From an uncultured Candidatus Saccharibacteria bacterium (GTDB lineage Bacteria; Patescibacteriota; Saccharimonadia; Saccharimonadales; JAGQNJ01), in contig CAZEED010000001.1 in the NCBI GenBank assembly GCA_964510945.1, positions 164,577 to 228,576 on the forward strand: a stretch of 64,000 nucleotides of DNA. Reading direction: 5' to 3'. Below the pieces are notes generated by a model. The model was not told the DNA's origin. It made no database searches and was given only the letters and a program-made list of their open reading frames with translations. The position numbers and the translations under genes were made by a program. Of this stretch, positions 17,814 to 26,922 are shown in pieces; within the stretch, counting starts at the first letter, position 1; every line of letters starts with the position of its first letter.

Positions 17814-19227
17814 ATTCAAATTATTCAACACCGCATCAAAATCAGTTCAAGATTTCACACCGATTAATGAAAATAACGTTGGTTTTTATAGTTGTGGTCC
17901 TACTGTATACGATTATCCGCATATTGGTAATTGGTACACTTTTATTCGCTACGACGAACTTAATAGGGCTTTAAAAATTGCTGGTTACAAGACCAATTGG
18001 GTTATGAATATCACTGATGTTGGACACCTAGTCAGTGACGAAGACGAAGGCGAAGACAAATTAGAAAAAGGAGCTAAAAGAGAAGGCTCTACGGCTTGGG
18101 ATGTGGCTAAAAAATACACCGAGTATTTTGAGCAAGGGCTTAAAAGGCTAAATATAACCACGCCCGATAACCTTCCAAAGGCCACTGATCACATTAATGA
18201 GCAAATCGAACTAATCAAACAACTAGAGCAAAATGGGCATACCTATATTATTGATGACGGCGTATATTTTGACACATCGACTTTTGCTGATTATGGCAAA
18301 ATGGCCGGACTCGATCTCACTAATCAGCGAGAAGGCGCCCGAGTAGCCATTAACAAACAAAAACGAAACCCAAGCGATTTTGCCTTATGGAAGTTTTCTT
18401 TAGCCGGAGAAAAACGTGACATGGAGTGGGACAGTCCTTGGGGCAAAGGCTTTCCGGGATGGCACATCGAATGTAGTGCCATGAGTATGAAGTATCTCGG
18501 CGAAACCCTAGATATTCACGGCGGAGGTATTGACCATATTCCTGTGCATCACACCAACGAAATCGCCCAATCCGAAGGTGCTACCGGCAAACCGTTTTCA
18601 AAATTTTGGTTTCACAGTCACTTCAACCTAGTGGATGGTAAAAAAATGTCAAAGTCCCTCAATAACTTCTTCACACTAGAAGATATCGAGAAAAAGGGTT
18701 TTGATATGCTGGCTTTTCGTCTGCTAGTTCTTCAGTCTCATTACCGAACAGAAGCCCACTTTAGTTGGGAAAACCTCCAATCTGCACAGAACAGATTAAA
18801 TGAACTTCGCGCTTGGGCAGACCTGCGGTACCAACCTAGCGTAGAGACTATGACTGACGAGCTAAACGAGATGTGGGGCAAAACACTCACGGACATGAAA
18901 GAATGCCTCATGAATGACCTGGATACTCCTGGCGCACTGGCAGCGCTAGCAAAACAAGTTAGTTATATGATGACAATCCCAATCCCTCGGCACAATGGTT
19001 CAAAAACCGGTACGGCTTTGGCGCAAATCGACGAAATGCTCGGCCTGTCTCTCAATAACCGCCCCGATATTTCCGAAGAGCAAAAAGCTCTCATAGAAAA
19101 ACGCCAAACAGCAAAAGACGATAAGGACTACAAAACTGCCGATCAAATCCGCGACGATCTATCATCACAAGGCTTAGCCATCCGCGATACCAATTACGGA
19201 CAAATCTGGTCAAGAATAAACAGCTAA
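17806..19227 (+). CDS. cysS: cysteine--tRNA ligase
   Basis: Class I motifs PHIGN (HIGH-like) and KMSKS, plus WHIECSAM. Confidence 0.95.
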   Translation: MNKFKLFNTASKSVQDFTPINENNVGFYSCGPTVYDYPHIGNWYTFIRYDELNRALKIAGYKTNWVMNITDVGHLVSDEDEGEDKLEKGAKREGSTAWDVAKKYTEYFEQGLKRLNITTPDNLPKATDHINEQIELIKQLEQNGHTYIIDDGVYFDTSTFADYGKMAGLDLTNQREGARVAINKQKRNPSDFALWKFSLAGEKRDMEWDSPWGKGFPGWHIECSAMSMKYLGETLDIHGGGIDHIPVHHTNEIAQSEGATGKPFSKFWFHSHFNLVDGKKMSKSLNNFFTLEDIEKKGFDMLAFRLLVLQSHYRTEAHFSWENLQSAQNRLNELRAWADLRYQPSVETMTDELNEMWGKTLTDMKECLMNDLDTPGALAALAKQVSYMMTIPIPRHNGSKTGTALAQIDEMLGLSLNNRPDISEEQKALIEKRQTAKDDKDYKTADQIRDDLSSQGLAIRDTNYGQIWSRINS

Positions 19228-19228
19228 T

Positions 19229-20314
19229 CTATTCTGATAAAGTCTTCGATATTGAATTGCGATTTTCAAAGTATTCAACTAAAACTAGTCTAATGCAGGC
19301 TACTATTGGTATCGCCACAAAGGCACCAATTATTCCAGCAACGCTCACTCCAATTAAGGCCGCGATAAAGACGGTCAAAGGAGTAATTTCGCTCTGCCAT
19401 GACTGAATTAATGGCTGAATAGTGATATTTTCTAATTGCTGATAAGTTAAAAAGAATATCGCCATGACTAGCGCTAACGGCAAAGAAGTAAAGGCACATA
19501 GGGTTACTACGATGAATGCGCCGATCGTGGCACCAAACATTGGGATCAAACTTGTCAAAGCAACAATAAGAGCTAAAACCACCGCATTAATATCGCCACC
19601 TAGTAACGCACTGGCTGCCAGTAACGCAAATAACGAAACGGTACCAGCAATTAAGGCGATTAATAACTGACCGTTCACGTAACCGGTCACCAGCTGATAC
19701 ATCTTGGCCAACAAACGTTTACGCTTGTGAAGATCTTTAGGGTTTTGCAACGTCCAAGAATACTTAATCCAGTCTGGTCCCTCAACCAACATCATAAATG
19801 TCAATGTTAAGACTATAATAGTCGACAATATAACTGTCCATACTTTGTTGGCAGTCGACAACACTGAGCTTCCGGCGTTTTCAAAATTATCTCTAATGCT
19901 AACCGTCGCCCGATCGATATCGTCCTGAAGATTATATTCGGCTATGTATCTCTGGACTGCGCTATCTTCACGTGTATATTGAGAAAAAGTCTCTGGCAAG
20001 TTTTTTACAAATGTGGATGTTTGTGATGCAACAGTCGGGACCACGACAATTAAGAAAGAGGATATTAACAGCAGGACCATCAGATATGCCGCACCAGTGG
20101 CTCTAACCCGACTTTTACTCTTTAGATGCTTCGATATCCAGCTAACCGCTGGGTTTAACGCCACGGCTAAGAAGGCCGAGATGAATATCAGGCCAAGAAT
20201 ATGGGCAATCCGCGACAAAAACATCACAACCAGTATCGACAGCACGCCGATAACCACTACCCTGATGATTGTTCGATAACTAAATGAAACAGTAATTTTC
20301 TTATCGCTTAACAT
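19229..20314 (-). CDS. AI-2E family transporter (UPF0118/PerM-like)
   Basis: 361 aa with about 8 TM segments and the layout typical of the family. Confidence 0.7.
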   Translation of the reverse strand: MLSDKKITVSFSYRTIIRVVVIGVLSILVVMFLSRIAHILGLIFISAFLAVALNPAVSWISKHLKSKSRVRATGAAYLMVLLLISSFLIVVVPTVASQTSTFVKNLPETFSQYTREDSAVQRYIAEYNLQDDIDRATVSIRDNFENAGSSVLSTANKVWTVILSTIIVLTLTFMMLVEGPDWIKYSWTLQNPKDLHKRKRLLAKMYQLVTGYVNGQLLIALIAGTVSLFALLAASALLGGDINAVVLALIVALTSLIPMFGATIGAFIVVTLCAFTSLPLALVMAIFFLTYQQLENITIQPLIQSWQSEITPLTVFIAALIGVSVAGIIGAFVAIPIVACIRLVLVEYFENRNSISKTLSE

Positions 20315-20317
20315 AGA

Positions 20318-21451
20318 TTACGTTCTATTATGGGTTGCAGACGTCTTTTTTGCAATTAGAGTCTTATATTCTGATAGAATTTTCGGGGCAACGAGGTCAA
20401 TATCGTACTTTTTCATTATTTCGTGTTGAAATTTATGATCCTGTGAAAGATCTTTATTCAAATACTCGGCCAGTTTGTCAGCGATATCTTTCGGTACTTT
20501 GGGGTTAAAGATATATTTATCACTGCTTAGTACTTCGCTATAGCCTGGATTATTACCACCTAACACTACACCCGCACCAGCTGCCATAGCTTCAATTAAT
20601 ACTATCCCAAAGCTTTCGCCACCTTTGGATGGAAAGATAGCGATCTTGGCGCTCGACAATAAATTTGCTTTGTCCTGCTCGCTAACTCGACCCAGTAACT
20701 TAACCTTGGCTGATAAAGTATGTTTTTTAATATAATCTTCGATCTTCTGACGATCTGGGCCATCGCCGGCGATTATCAAATTCGGTACGCTCGAACCATT
20801 TTGTTGCGATAGTAGGTGGTAGCCTTTGACTAATTCTAGACAACCTTTACGATTAACCAATCTGCCTAGGAACACAATGTCTTTTTGCGTGGTTTTTGGT
20901 TGTTTAAACCCATTAAATACAGAGTAGTCCACGACATTTGGCATAATTTTTGAATTGATTTTAAACGTTTTTTTAGCTGTTGATTGAGCAGCGCTAGATA
21001 CACTAAAAACTTCGTCAAATAACCGCAAGTTTGGTCTAAGCACATAACCAAGTACAGAGGTTGCGCTTTGGTGAAACTTTGAATACGGGGCAATGTGAAA
21101 AGTCCCAACCAGCACAGTAGATCGTGGCGAAAGCTGTATTATCCTAGATGCGAGCATCGGGCTATATGGCATCTGAACGTGCAAGACGTCAAATTTTTCT
21201 TTAACAAGTAGTTGACGAATTGCCCGCGAAGAGCTGGGGAGGGGAATAGTCAAACGATTTTTGTTAAACCTAACCGGAATCTTTTTAGCCAAAGAGTGAA
21301 CACCCTCGAGGTCAGATCTTTTGCTGTGGCCACAAAGATAATGCACGTCTATGCCTTTACGCTTCATCCAACTCCCTAGATTTAGCACATATTGCTGTAC
21401 GCCATCAGTCGAATCTAGGCTATCATCTATTACAAATCCAACTTTCATCAA
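20318..21451 (-). CDS. glycosyltransferase family 4
   Basis: C-terminal GESFGIVLIEAMAAG (E-x7-E region) and GT-B architecture. Confidence 0.8.
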   Translation of the reverse strand: MMKVGFVIDDSLDSTDGVQQYVLNLGSWMKRKGIDVHYLCGHSKRSDLEGVHSLAKKIPVRFNKNRLTIPLPSSSRAIRQLLVKEKFDVLHVQMPYSPMLASRIIQLSPRSTVLVGTFHIAPYSKFHQSATSVLGYVLRPNLRLFDEVFSVSSAAQSTAKKTFKINSKIMPNVVDYSVFNGFKQPKTTQKDIVFLGRLVNRKGCLELVKGYHLLSQQNGSSVPNLIIAGDGPDRQKIEDYIKKHTLSAKVKLLGRVSEQDKANLLSSAKIAIFPSKGGESFGIVLIEAMAAGAGVVLGGNNPGYSEVLSSDKYIFNPKVPKDIADKLAEYLNKDLSQDHKFQHEIMKKYDIDLVAPKILSEYKTLIAKKTSATHNRT

Positions 21452-22584
21452 GCTCTCGTTTTTTTATTGGCAATCGCCTGTTTGTAAGCACTCTCGTACT
21501 GATCGGTAATTTTTTCATAATCAAACTGTTTTATGTACTGTTTGGCCCAACTGAGCCAAAGTTTTCGAAGTTCTTGATCTGAAAGTAACAGCTCGAGTTT
21601 TCTGGCAAATGATTCGGTGTCTTTAGGGTTCACGATAGATAGATTGCCTTTGCCCTGCATTACCGCGCTATAACCTGGGTTATTGCCAGCTACCACAACC
21701 GCCCCTGATGCCATTGCTTCCAGTAGTACTATGCCAAAGCTTTCGCCAAATACGGCTGGTGAACAATAGATATCACAGTTATGAAGTAACTCGACTTTTT
21801 GCTGTTCGCTTACGTAACCTAAAAACTCAACGCCTTTAATTTTGTGCTCGCGGGTATAAGCCTCGAGTTTTCTGCGTTCTGGCCCATCGCCAGCGATTAT
21901 CAGCTTCAGGTTATCACTGTCTTGTGCTAACTGCGAGTAGGCCATTAACAAATATTTCACGCCTTTGCGCTTTTCTAGACGTCCAATAAACAATATCGTC
22001 TTATCATCACTAGTCCGTTTTTTATGATTAGAGTATTTAGCAACATCCACGCCATTAGGGATAATCATCGGTTGTTGTTTGCTAATTGCCGTATAGTACT
22101 CTGCTGCCGCACTCGACACCGCCGTACTTAGGTCTAGTGATTTTAAGATTGATTTTGTATAAGGGGTAATGACTTTTTCAACAGTCTTACTTAGTGCTGT
22201 TTCGGGTAATTTGGCATGAAAGGTCGCTACATTTGCGCATGTGGATTTGGCTAAAATCTGCATCGATAACATTGGCACCCACGGTTCATGAAAGTGGATC
22301 ACGTCGAATTTGTGTGTAGCCAGCATCTCATCAATAGCCTTTAGATCCACCGAGGCCGAGACTTGGGCTGTCGTGGCTTGAAATGGGGATTTGATATCAG
22401 CTGACGTACCGATCAAGATCATGCCCTCGCTACTGCGATTTAATTTGCTAAAGCCTCGAGGCCGAGGGGTGATTATCAATACGTCGTGTCCACGACTAAT
22501 AAGCGTAGACTGAAGAGCCCGCACGCATTCTTGTACGCCACCTCCTTTAAACATGTCATAAGGGCAAACTAACCCGATCTTCAT
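21448..22584 (-). CDS. glycosyltransferase family 4 (paralogue of the downstream gene)
   Basis: GESFGIVLLEAMASG. Its stop overlaps the start of the next GT4 gene. Confidence 0.8.
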   Translation of the reverse strand: MKIGLVCPYDMFKGGGVQECVRALQSTLISRGHDVLIITPRPRGFSKLNRSSEGMILIGTSADIKSPFQATTAQVSASVDLKAIDEMLATHKFDVIHFHEPWVPMLSMQILAKSTCANVATFHAKLPETALSKTVEKVITPYTKSILKSLDLSTAVSSAAAEYYTAISKQQPMIIPNGVDVAKYSNHKKRTSDDKTILFIGRLEKRKGVKYLLMAYSQLAQDSDNLKLIIAGDGPERRKLEAYTREHKIKGVEFLGYVSEQQKVELLHNCDIYCSPAVFGESFGIVLLEAMASGAVVVAGNNPGYSAVMQGKGNLSIVNPKDTESFARKLELLLSDQELRKLWLSWAKQYIKQFDYEKITDQYESAYKQAIANKKTRA

Positions 22585-22601
22585 AAATCGATTATAACAT
22601 T

Positions 22602-23519
22602 TTACTTTTTGTTTAGGGCTCTTCTAACACGCGGAGGGATAAAATCGATTGCCTCATCAGCCGAAGCTATCACTGTTGGGGCATGACTTTCAGACTTTAT
22701 TACACTTGTCTTAAAATCACTAAAGACAATCTTCATATGTTGATTGACGATATGGCGATCCAGGTATTGATCGTTATCTACGGCGATGCATTCTAGGTGG
22801 GTAGACACGCTTACAGAACAGATGTCGATGTTCAGGATCCGGTTAAGCGTATAAAAGTGCGTCCTAATGTCGTTGATTCGCCAAAGATTAGTCTCAAAGT
22901 CTATGCGCAACTGTTTTTGCTCGGGTGGTTCGCTTTTATTATGCCTATCGGCAAACAGTAGACTCCAGCGCACTAACGGCTTTATCTTTAGTCCTAGACG
23001 CATAATGCCCGAGATAATTCTGGTGGACAGAATCTTAGTCAAAGCCCGAAATACCTGCATCTTCCTATGCGGATATTTGATATCACTATGGTGCAAAAAG
23101 CCAACACCACTAACCAGTAGATCCACTCTATCAGCCAGATCAGGATATTTTTGCAGCATCCTTGTAGTAATCCCAAAACCAAGCGAAACGGCGACAATAG
23201 TTAATCGTTTATTCTTATATCTCAGCTTTATAAAGGCCGCTAGATAATCTGCCAGATTATCAATCGTCGGGGCCACGCCTATCTTAAAATAGCTATCCAT
23301 ACCACCAAAGCCCGGCAGATCAGGGATAGTTATTGCCCCATACCGGTTCAAGGCCCTAGCAAAGCCCTCCATGCGCTCTAGGCTAGCATGATGCCCATAG
23401 ACTATTAGGATTTCTTTAGTTTTATTTTTCGGCGCAGGCATACGTAGCATCCGGCCACGCAATCCGTTTATCAAAAATGGTTTTATATAATTTTCTATTT
23501 CTTGATCGTTCACGCTCAT
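22602..23519 (-). CDS. alpha/beta-hydrolase fold protein
   Basis: HG...PGFGG region and a nucleophile-elbow-like VSLGFG. Assignment is tentative. Confidence 0.55.
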   Translation of the reverse strand: MSVNDQEIENYIKPFLINGLRGRMLRMPAPKNKTKEILIVYGHHASLERMEGFARALNRYGAITIPDLPGFGGMDSYFKIGVAPTIDNLADYLAAFIKLRYKNKRLTIVAVSLGFGITTRMLQKYPDLADRVDLLVSGVGFLHHSDIKYPHRKMQVFRALTKILSTRIISGIMRLGLKIKPLVRWSLLFADRHNKSEPPEQKQLRIDFETNLWRINDIRTHFYTLNRILNIDICSVSVSTHLECIAVDNDQYLDRHIVNQHMKIVFSDFKTSVIKSESHAPTVIASADEAIDFIPPRVRRALNKK

Positions 23520-23597
23520 ACAACTAATAGCCTACTAAATTTGTTTGATTTAACCCAATTAAACAAGGTAATTTGCTATAATTCTACTACTGATTCT

Positions 23598-24335
23598 ATG
23601 AAAAATAAAAAACTCCTATATTTCGCTGCAATAACTCTTGTTTTCATAGTTTTCTTTGGACAGTTAAAAGCATTCTTAACAAAAGACGACCAAAGGGCAT
23701 ATAAGACTGGCGACACAACATCGAATATCGATAAGTCCAAGCATTCCACGACCGAACCGGGTAGTTTATGGGTAATTGTTAATAAACAAAATCCATTGCC
23801 GAAGGATTTTTCACCGGCTGACTTAATTGACGCAAAATCACTCGAGGTTACTAACCCAGACGAGTCCAAACTGCGACCAGATGCTAATAAGGCTTTAGCA
23901 GAGCTTGTTAAATCGGCAGGTAAAGACAAATTAACCTATGTAATGATTAGTGGATATCGATCATACAATCTTCAAGATATAGTCTACGGCGGTAATGTCA
24001 GCAAAGATGGGCAAAAAAAAGCCGATGCCACAAGTGCCCGACCAGGTTATAGCGAACATCAGACTGGACTAGGCCTAGATCTAGGCAGGGCAGATGGTAA
24101 ATGTCGGCTAGAGACGTGTTTTGGCGAAACGACGGAGGGCAAGTGGCTGGCCGATAATGCCTACAAGTTTGGCTTTATTGTGCGCTATCAACAGGGAGAG
24201 CAGGGTATTGTTGGTTATAGTTACGAGCCTTGGCATCTGCGTTATGTTGGCAAAGAGCTGGCGGATGAATTGTTTAAGAAAGATTTGACTATGGAAGAGT
24301 TTTTTGGGTATCCGGCGGCACCTAATTATAAATAA
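23598..24335 (+). CDS. D-alanyl-D-alanine carboxypeptidase, VanY/peptidase M15B family, membrane anchored
   Basis: The internal ATG at 23598 gives MKNKKLLYFAAITLVFIVFF (signal/anchor). SGYRSY, SEHQTGLGLDL and EPWHLRYVG motifs. Confidence 0.8.
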   Translation: MKNKKLLYFAAITLVFIVFFGQLKAFLTKDDQRAYKTGDTTSNIDKSKHSTTEPGSLWVIVNKQNPLPKDFSPADLIDAKSLEVTNPDESKLRPDANKALAELVKSAGKDKLTYVMISGYRSYNLQDIVYGGNVSKDGQKKADATSARPGYSEHQTGLGLDLGRADGKCRLETCFGETTEGKWLADNAYKFGFIVRYQQGEQGIVGYSYEPWHLRYVGKELADELFKKDLTMEEFFGYPAAPNYK

Positions 24336-24351
24336 ATGTCTAACTCAGATT

Positions 24352-24374
24352 GCAAGCTAGAAGCTTGCATCTTT
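24352..24374 (+). terminator. weak terminator-like hairpin after the VanY gene
   Basis: GCAAGCT-AGA-AGCTTGC followed by ATCTTT. Confidence 0.35.
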
Positions 24375-24455
24375 CACACTTTTAGCCGTAAAAGTGTGGC
24401 AAAACTCCTGCCTAGCACAAAAACACTATTGAACTGAATTGTTGTTTGTACAATG
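24375..24455. repeat. left outer repeat: hairpin (CACACTTTTA-GCCG-TAAAAGTGTG) plus a 58-nt arm inverted relative to 36063-36123
   Basis: The last 27 nt (TTGAACTGAATTGTTGTTTGTACAATG) match the reverse complement of 36063-36089 at 25 of 27 positions. CAAAACTCCTGCCT versus CAAAACTTCTGCCT lies further out. Confidence 0.7.
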
Positions 24456-24701
24456 TCTCAGCAAAATTTACTCTGTCTTACGACAGATGTGCAGTTTCGC
24501 GTTCTCCAAATATTGTACAAGCCAACAACAGATTCAATCGGTTTTAGTGCTTTTACGGCAGCCGGGAACCGCAAACGAAATTCGTTCGATTCTTAAGAAG
24601 GGGGTACACCACAAACACAGGGAAAGGCAAGGGCTAACTAAGACAACTGAGTGTTGTTGTTCGTCTAAAAATCGTTATCAACAAATGATACAATATAGTT
24701 T

Positions 24702-25007
24702 ATGAGTGATAGTGCGACAAAAGCTGATATTAAGCGAGTAGAGAAAAAGATTGACAGTGCTGTCGAGGATTTGTCGCAAATTATTTCCGATTTTGCATCT
24801 AGCGTAGACAGAAGATTCAATATTGTCGAGGCAAGGTTAGACGATTTAGATGCTAAATTCGATAGGCTACTTAATACTGTTGATGGATTCGTCGCACGAT
24901 TAGATAAATACGAGACGGAGCTTGCTGCGCGAGATCATAAAATTGACCGATTAGAGAAATGGATAGAGCAGTTAGCGAAAAAGACTAATACTAAATTAAC
25001 TGTTTAG
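24702..25007 (+). CDS. small coiled-coil protein (paralogue of 35840-36049)
   Basis: 101 aa with heptad-like pattern. C-terminal ARDHKIDRLEKW resembles LDDHEQRIRALES in the other copy. TACAAT lies 7 nt upstream of the ATG and there is no SD. Confidence 0.6.
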   Translation: MSDSATKADIKRVEKKIDSAVEDLSQIISDFASSVDRRFNIVEARLDDLDAKFDRLLNTVDGFVARLDKYETELAARDHKIDRLEKWIEQLAKKTNTKLTV

Positions 25008-25047
25008 CAGACATATCTACTTTGGCGACCTAATGCTTGCGTAGAAT

Positions 25048-25196
25048 CATACTTTTCTCTCCAGCAATAAAAGTATGCAAAAGTGCCGCCCCGGCTCAAA
25101 AAAATAGATGGTCACAAAAGTGTTATTGCCCGTGCCTGTGGAATGCAAGCACCCCAAATAGTTTAATTAGAGTAATTATTTGGGGTAGTCCTCGGC
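25048..25196. repeat. left inner inverted-repeat arm (two hairpin modules)
   Basis: CATACTTTTCTC...AAAAGTATG (25048-25077) and CCTGTGGAATGCAAGCACCCC-hairpin-GGGGTAGTCCTCGGC (25135-25196) both recur inverted at 35514-35667. Confidence 0.75.
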
Positions 25197-25467
25197 ATCC
25201 ATTCAGCCAATAACGCTTCCGCTCCCTCTGTTTTTGAGAAGGTGAGAACTGCCTGTGGCAGTTTGCAAGGCCGGAAGCACGGTGCAAATTATTGCCCGAG
25301 GTGAGGCGTGGCGACAACCGATTGCCAGCGAGCTGGCAGTAGGATTGTGGCAGAAAATGCAATCAGTGCAACACCAGGACAAGCCGGACGCCCAAACAAA
25401 CACAAACTCGGGGGGATAAAACCGTAGCCCTAGCAAACCCTCTCCCATCCGCGTAAAATTACACTAA
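25197..25467. ncRNA. candidate structured non-coding region upstream of radC (identity unknown)
   Basis: Visibly more GC-rich than its surroundings. Nested complementary segments: CCTCGGC/GCCCGAGG, GCTTCCG/CGGAAGC, AACTGCC/GGCAGTT, GCCAGC/GCTGGC. No credible ORF. Confidence 0.3.
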
Positions 25468-26130
25468 ATGGCGGGAATTAGAAAAATTAAGGATATCGCT
25501 AAAATTGATAGGCCTAGGGAAAAGCTGAAATCTAAAGGACCAGGGGCGCTTTCGGATCTAGAGCTCCTTATGGCGCTTATAGGCAGTGGGAACAAACAAG
25601 CGGATGTAAACACGATTGCGAGGAGAGCACTTAAAATCTTACAAAAATGTGGTGCTGATATTACTTACGAACAACTGAAAGAAGTAACTGGCCTAGGCTC
25701 GGCTAAAATCACCGAGATTTTAGCGGCCTTGGAGCTATCAAAACGTTACTTGTTTGATTCAGAACAGCCAATAATCGATTCGCCCGAGAAGGCCGTCGAG
25801 CAACTTTCCGATATTAGAGACAAAAAACAAGAATACTTTGTGTGCTTAACTCTCGATGGCGCAAATCGGCTGATTGCTAAGCGTATTATTACGATAGGAA
25901 CATTAACAAGTTCACTAGTCCACCCAAGGGAGGTCTTCGCCGACGCAATCACCGACCGAGCCGCCAGCATAATAGTCGCCCACAACCACCCGAGCGGCAG
26001 CACGACACCCAGCAAAGCAGACCTTGAAATAACCAATAGGCTAGTGGGTGCGGGAGAAATACTCGGTATCAAACTACTAGATCACATAATTGTTACGGAA
26101 AATGCTCATAAAAGCCTAGCGATCCGTTGA
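25468..26130 (+). CDS. radC: RadC-like JAMM-domain protein
   Basis: HhH-like N-terminus (SDLELLMALIGSG) and the JAMM motif VAHNHPSGSTTPSKADLEIT. Confidence 0.9.
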   Translation: MAGIRKIKDIAKIDRPREKLKSKGPGALSDLELLMALIGSGNKQADVNTIARRALKILQKCGADITYEQLKEVTGLGSAKITEILAALELSKRYLFDSEQPIIDSPEKAVEQLSDIRDKKQEYFVCLTLDGANRLIAKRIITIGTLTSSLVHPREVFADAITDRAASIIVAHNHPSGSTTPSKADLEITNRLVGAGEILGIKLLDHIIVTENAHKSLAIR

Positions 26131-26140
26131 CAGATCAGAA

Positions 26141-26176
26141 TTGCAATTATTGTAGTGTAAGAATACAATAATTGCA
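26141..26176 (+). promoter_or_regulatory. promoter with an embedded perfect 13-bp inverted repeat (candidate operator)
   Basis: TTGCAA (26141-26146), 17 nt, TACAAT (26164-26169), then 6 nt to the ATG at 26176. TGCAATTATTGTA (26142-26154) is the exact reverse complement of TACAATAATTGCA (26164-26176). Confidence 0.5.
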
Positions 26177-26922
26177 TGGACAAAAATCCAGGACCAAAAC
26201 AGCGTGTTAACCTTTTTGGCTATTTAGATGAAACCGGACTACTGCATACCCCTGCAACAGATAAGGTCTTTGGACTTGGGCTCACTGTTTGCCAGAACCC
26301 AAAAGAATTACACCGCAGCATTATTAACTTCCGAAATAGCCGAAAGTTTTATAAAGAGTTTAAGTTTACTGAGATTAGACAGACTAATCTACGAATATAC
26401 AAAGAACTTGTTGACATATTCTTTAACACAAAAAACACTACCTTTTCGTGTGTTGTTTACGATAAAAAAGATCTGGATCTAAAAAAGTATTTCAAGGGCG
26501 ACTATGAGCGTGCTTATGGTGTTTTTGTGGCCCGACTCATATCTAACACCCTAGAAGCCCATGCCAGCAAAGGCAGTAACTATATTGTTGTGTTGGCCGA
26601 TGATGTTTCTACAAGCAAGGATGATCGTTTTGAAAAGGTTGTCAAAGAGAAGGTAAAGATGCGTCTTCGACGTAACGCCGTCTTTGGTGTTGCACGGCTA
26701 GAATCACACGCTATTACAGAAATACAAATGACCGACGTATTGCTTGGCATAATTGCGTATAGCTTCAAAGTGAAGTTTGGCTTGGTAAAAGGGAACGGTG
26801 CTAAACTAGAGATGGTGAAATACCTTCAGAAAAAACTGGGTGTAAAAAAGCTTTCGGAGACTCACAGTAAAAAACTAAAAGGTGGAATGTACATGCAAAT
26901 CGAGGAATACAATGCCAAGTAA
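26176..26922 (+). CDS. DUF3800-like protein
   Basis: N-terminal NLFGYLDETG resembles the conserved DESG start of DUF3800 proteins. 248 aa. This call relies on recall of the family, not a search. Confidence 0.6.
   Translation: MDKNPGPKQRVNLFGYLDETGLLHTPATDKVFGLGLTVCQNPKELHRSIINFRNSRKFYKEFKFTEIRQTNLRIYKELVDIFFNTKNTTFSCVVYDKKDLDLKKYFKGDYERAYGVFVARLISNTLEAHASKGSNYIVVLADDVSTSKDDRFEKVVKEKVKMRLRRNAVFGVARLESHAITEIQMTDVLLGIIAYSFKVKFGLVKGNGAKLEMVKYLQKKLGVKKLSETHSKKLKGGMYMQIEEYNAK

Noticed and set aside
24439-24705. 88-aa plus-strand ORF in the VanY-to-coiled-coil-gene intergenic region.
   Set aside because: Cys/Gln/Ser-rich and of unnatural composition, with no RBS or promoter context. It overlaps strong hairpins and repeat arms, so I treat it as non-coding.
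25123-25448. Two overlapping minus-strand ORFs (79 and 81 aa) upstream of radC.
   Set aside because: Both lie in the GC-rich repeat and hairpin region, encode Cys/Arg/Gly-rich peptides, and overlap each other in different frames. They are more likely by-products of a structured non-coding sequence.
25100-25460. Possible RNase P RNA, tmRNA or SRP RNA.
   Set aside because: CAGTGCAACA...CAAGCCGG resembles part of RNase P, and CCGGAAGCA resembles the SRP helix 8 region. The diagnostic elements are absent or misplaced on both strands: GAGGAAAGTCC and ACAGAACCCGGCTTA for RNase P, the tRNA-like GGTTCGAATCC...CCA end and tag ORF for tmRNA, and the GGAA tetraloop helix for SRP.
26126-26131. TTGACA at the radC stop as the -35 box of the DUF3800 promoter.
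   Set aside because: Its spacing to the TACAAT box is about 32 nt, which is too long. TTGCAA at 26141-26146 has the correct 17-nt spacing.
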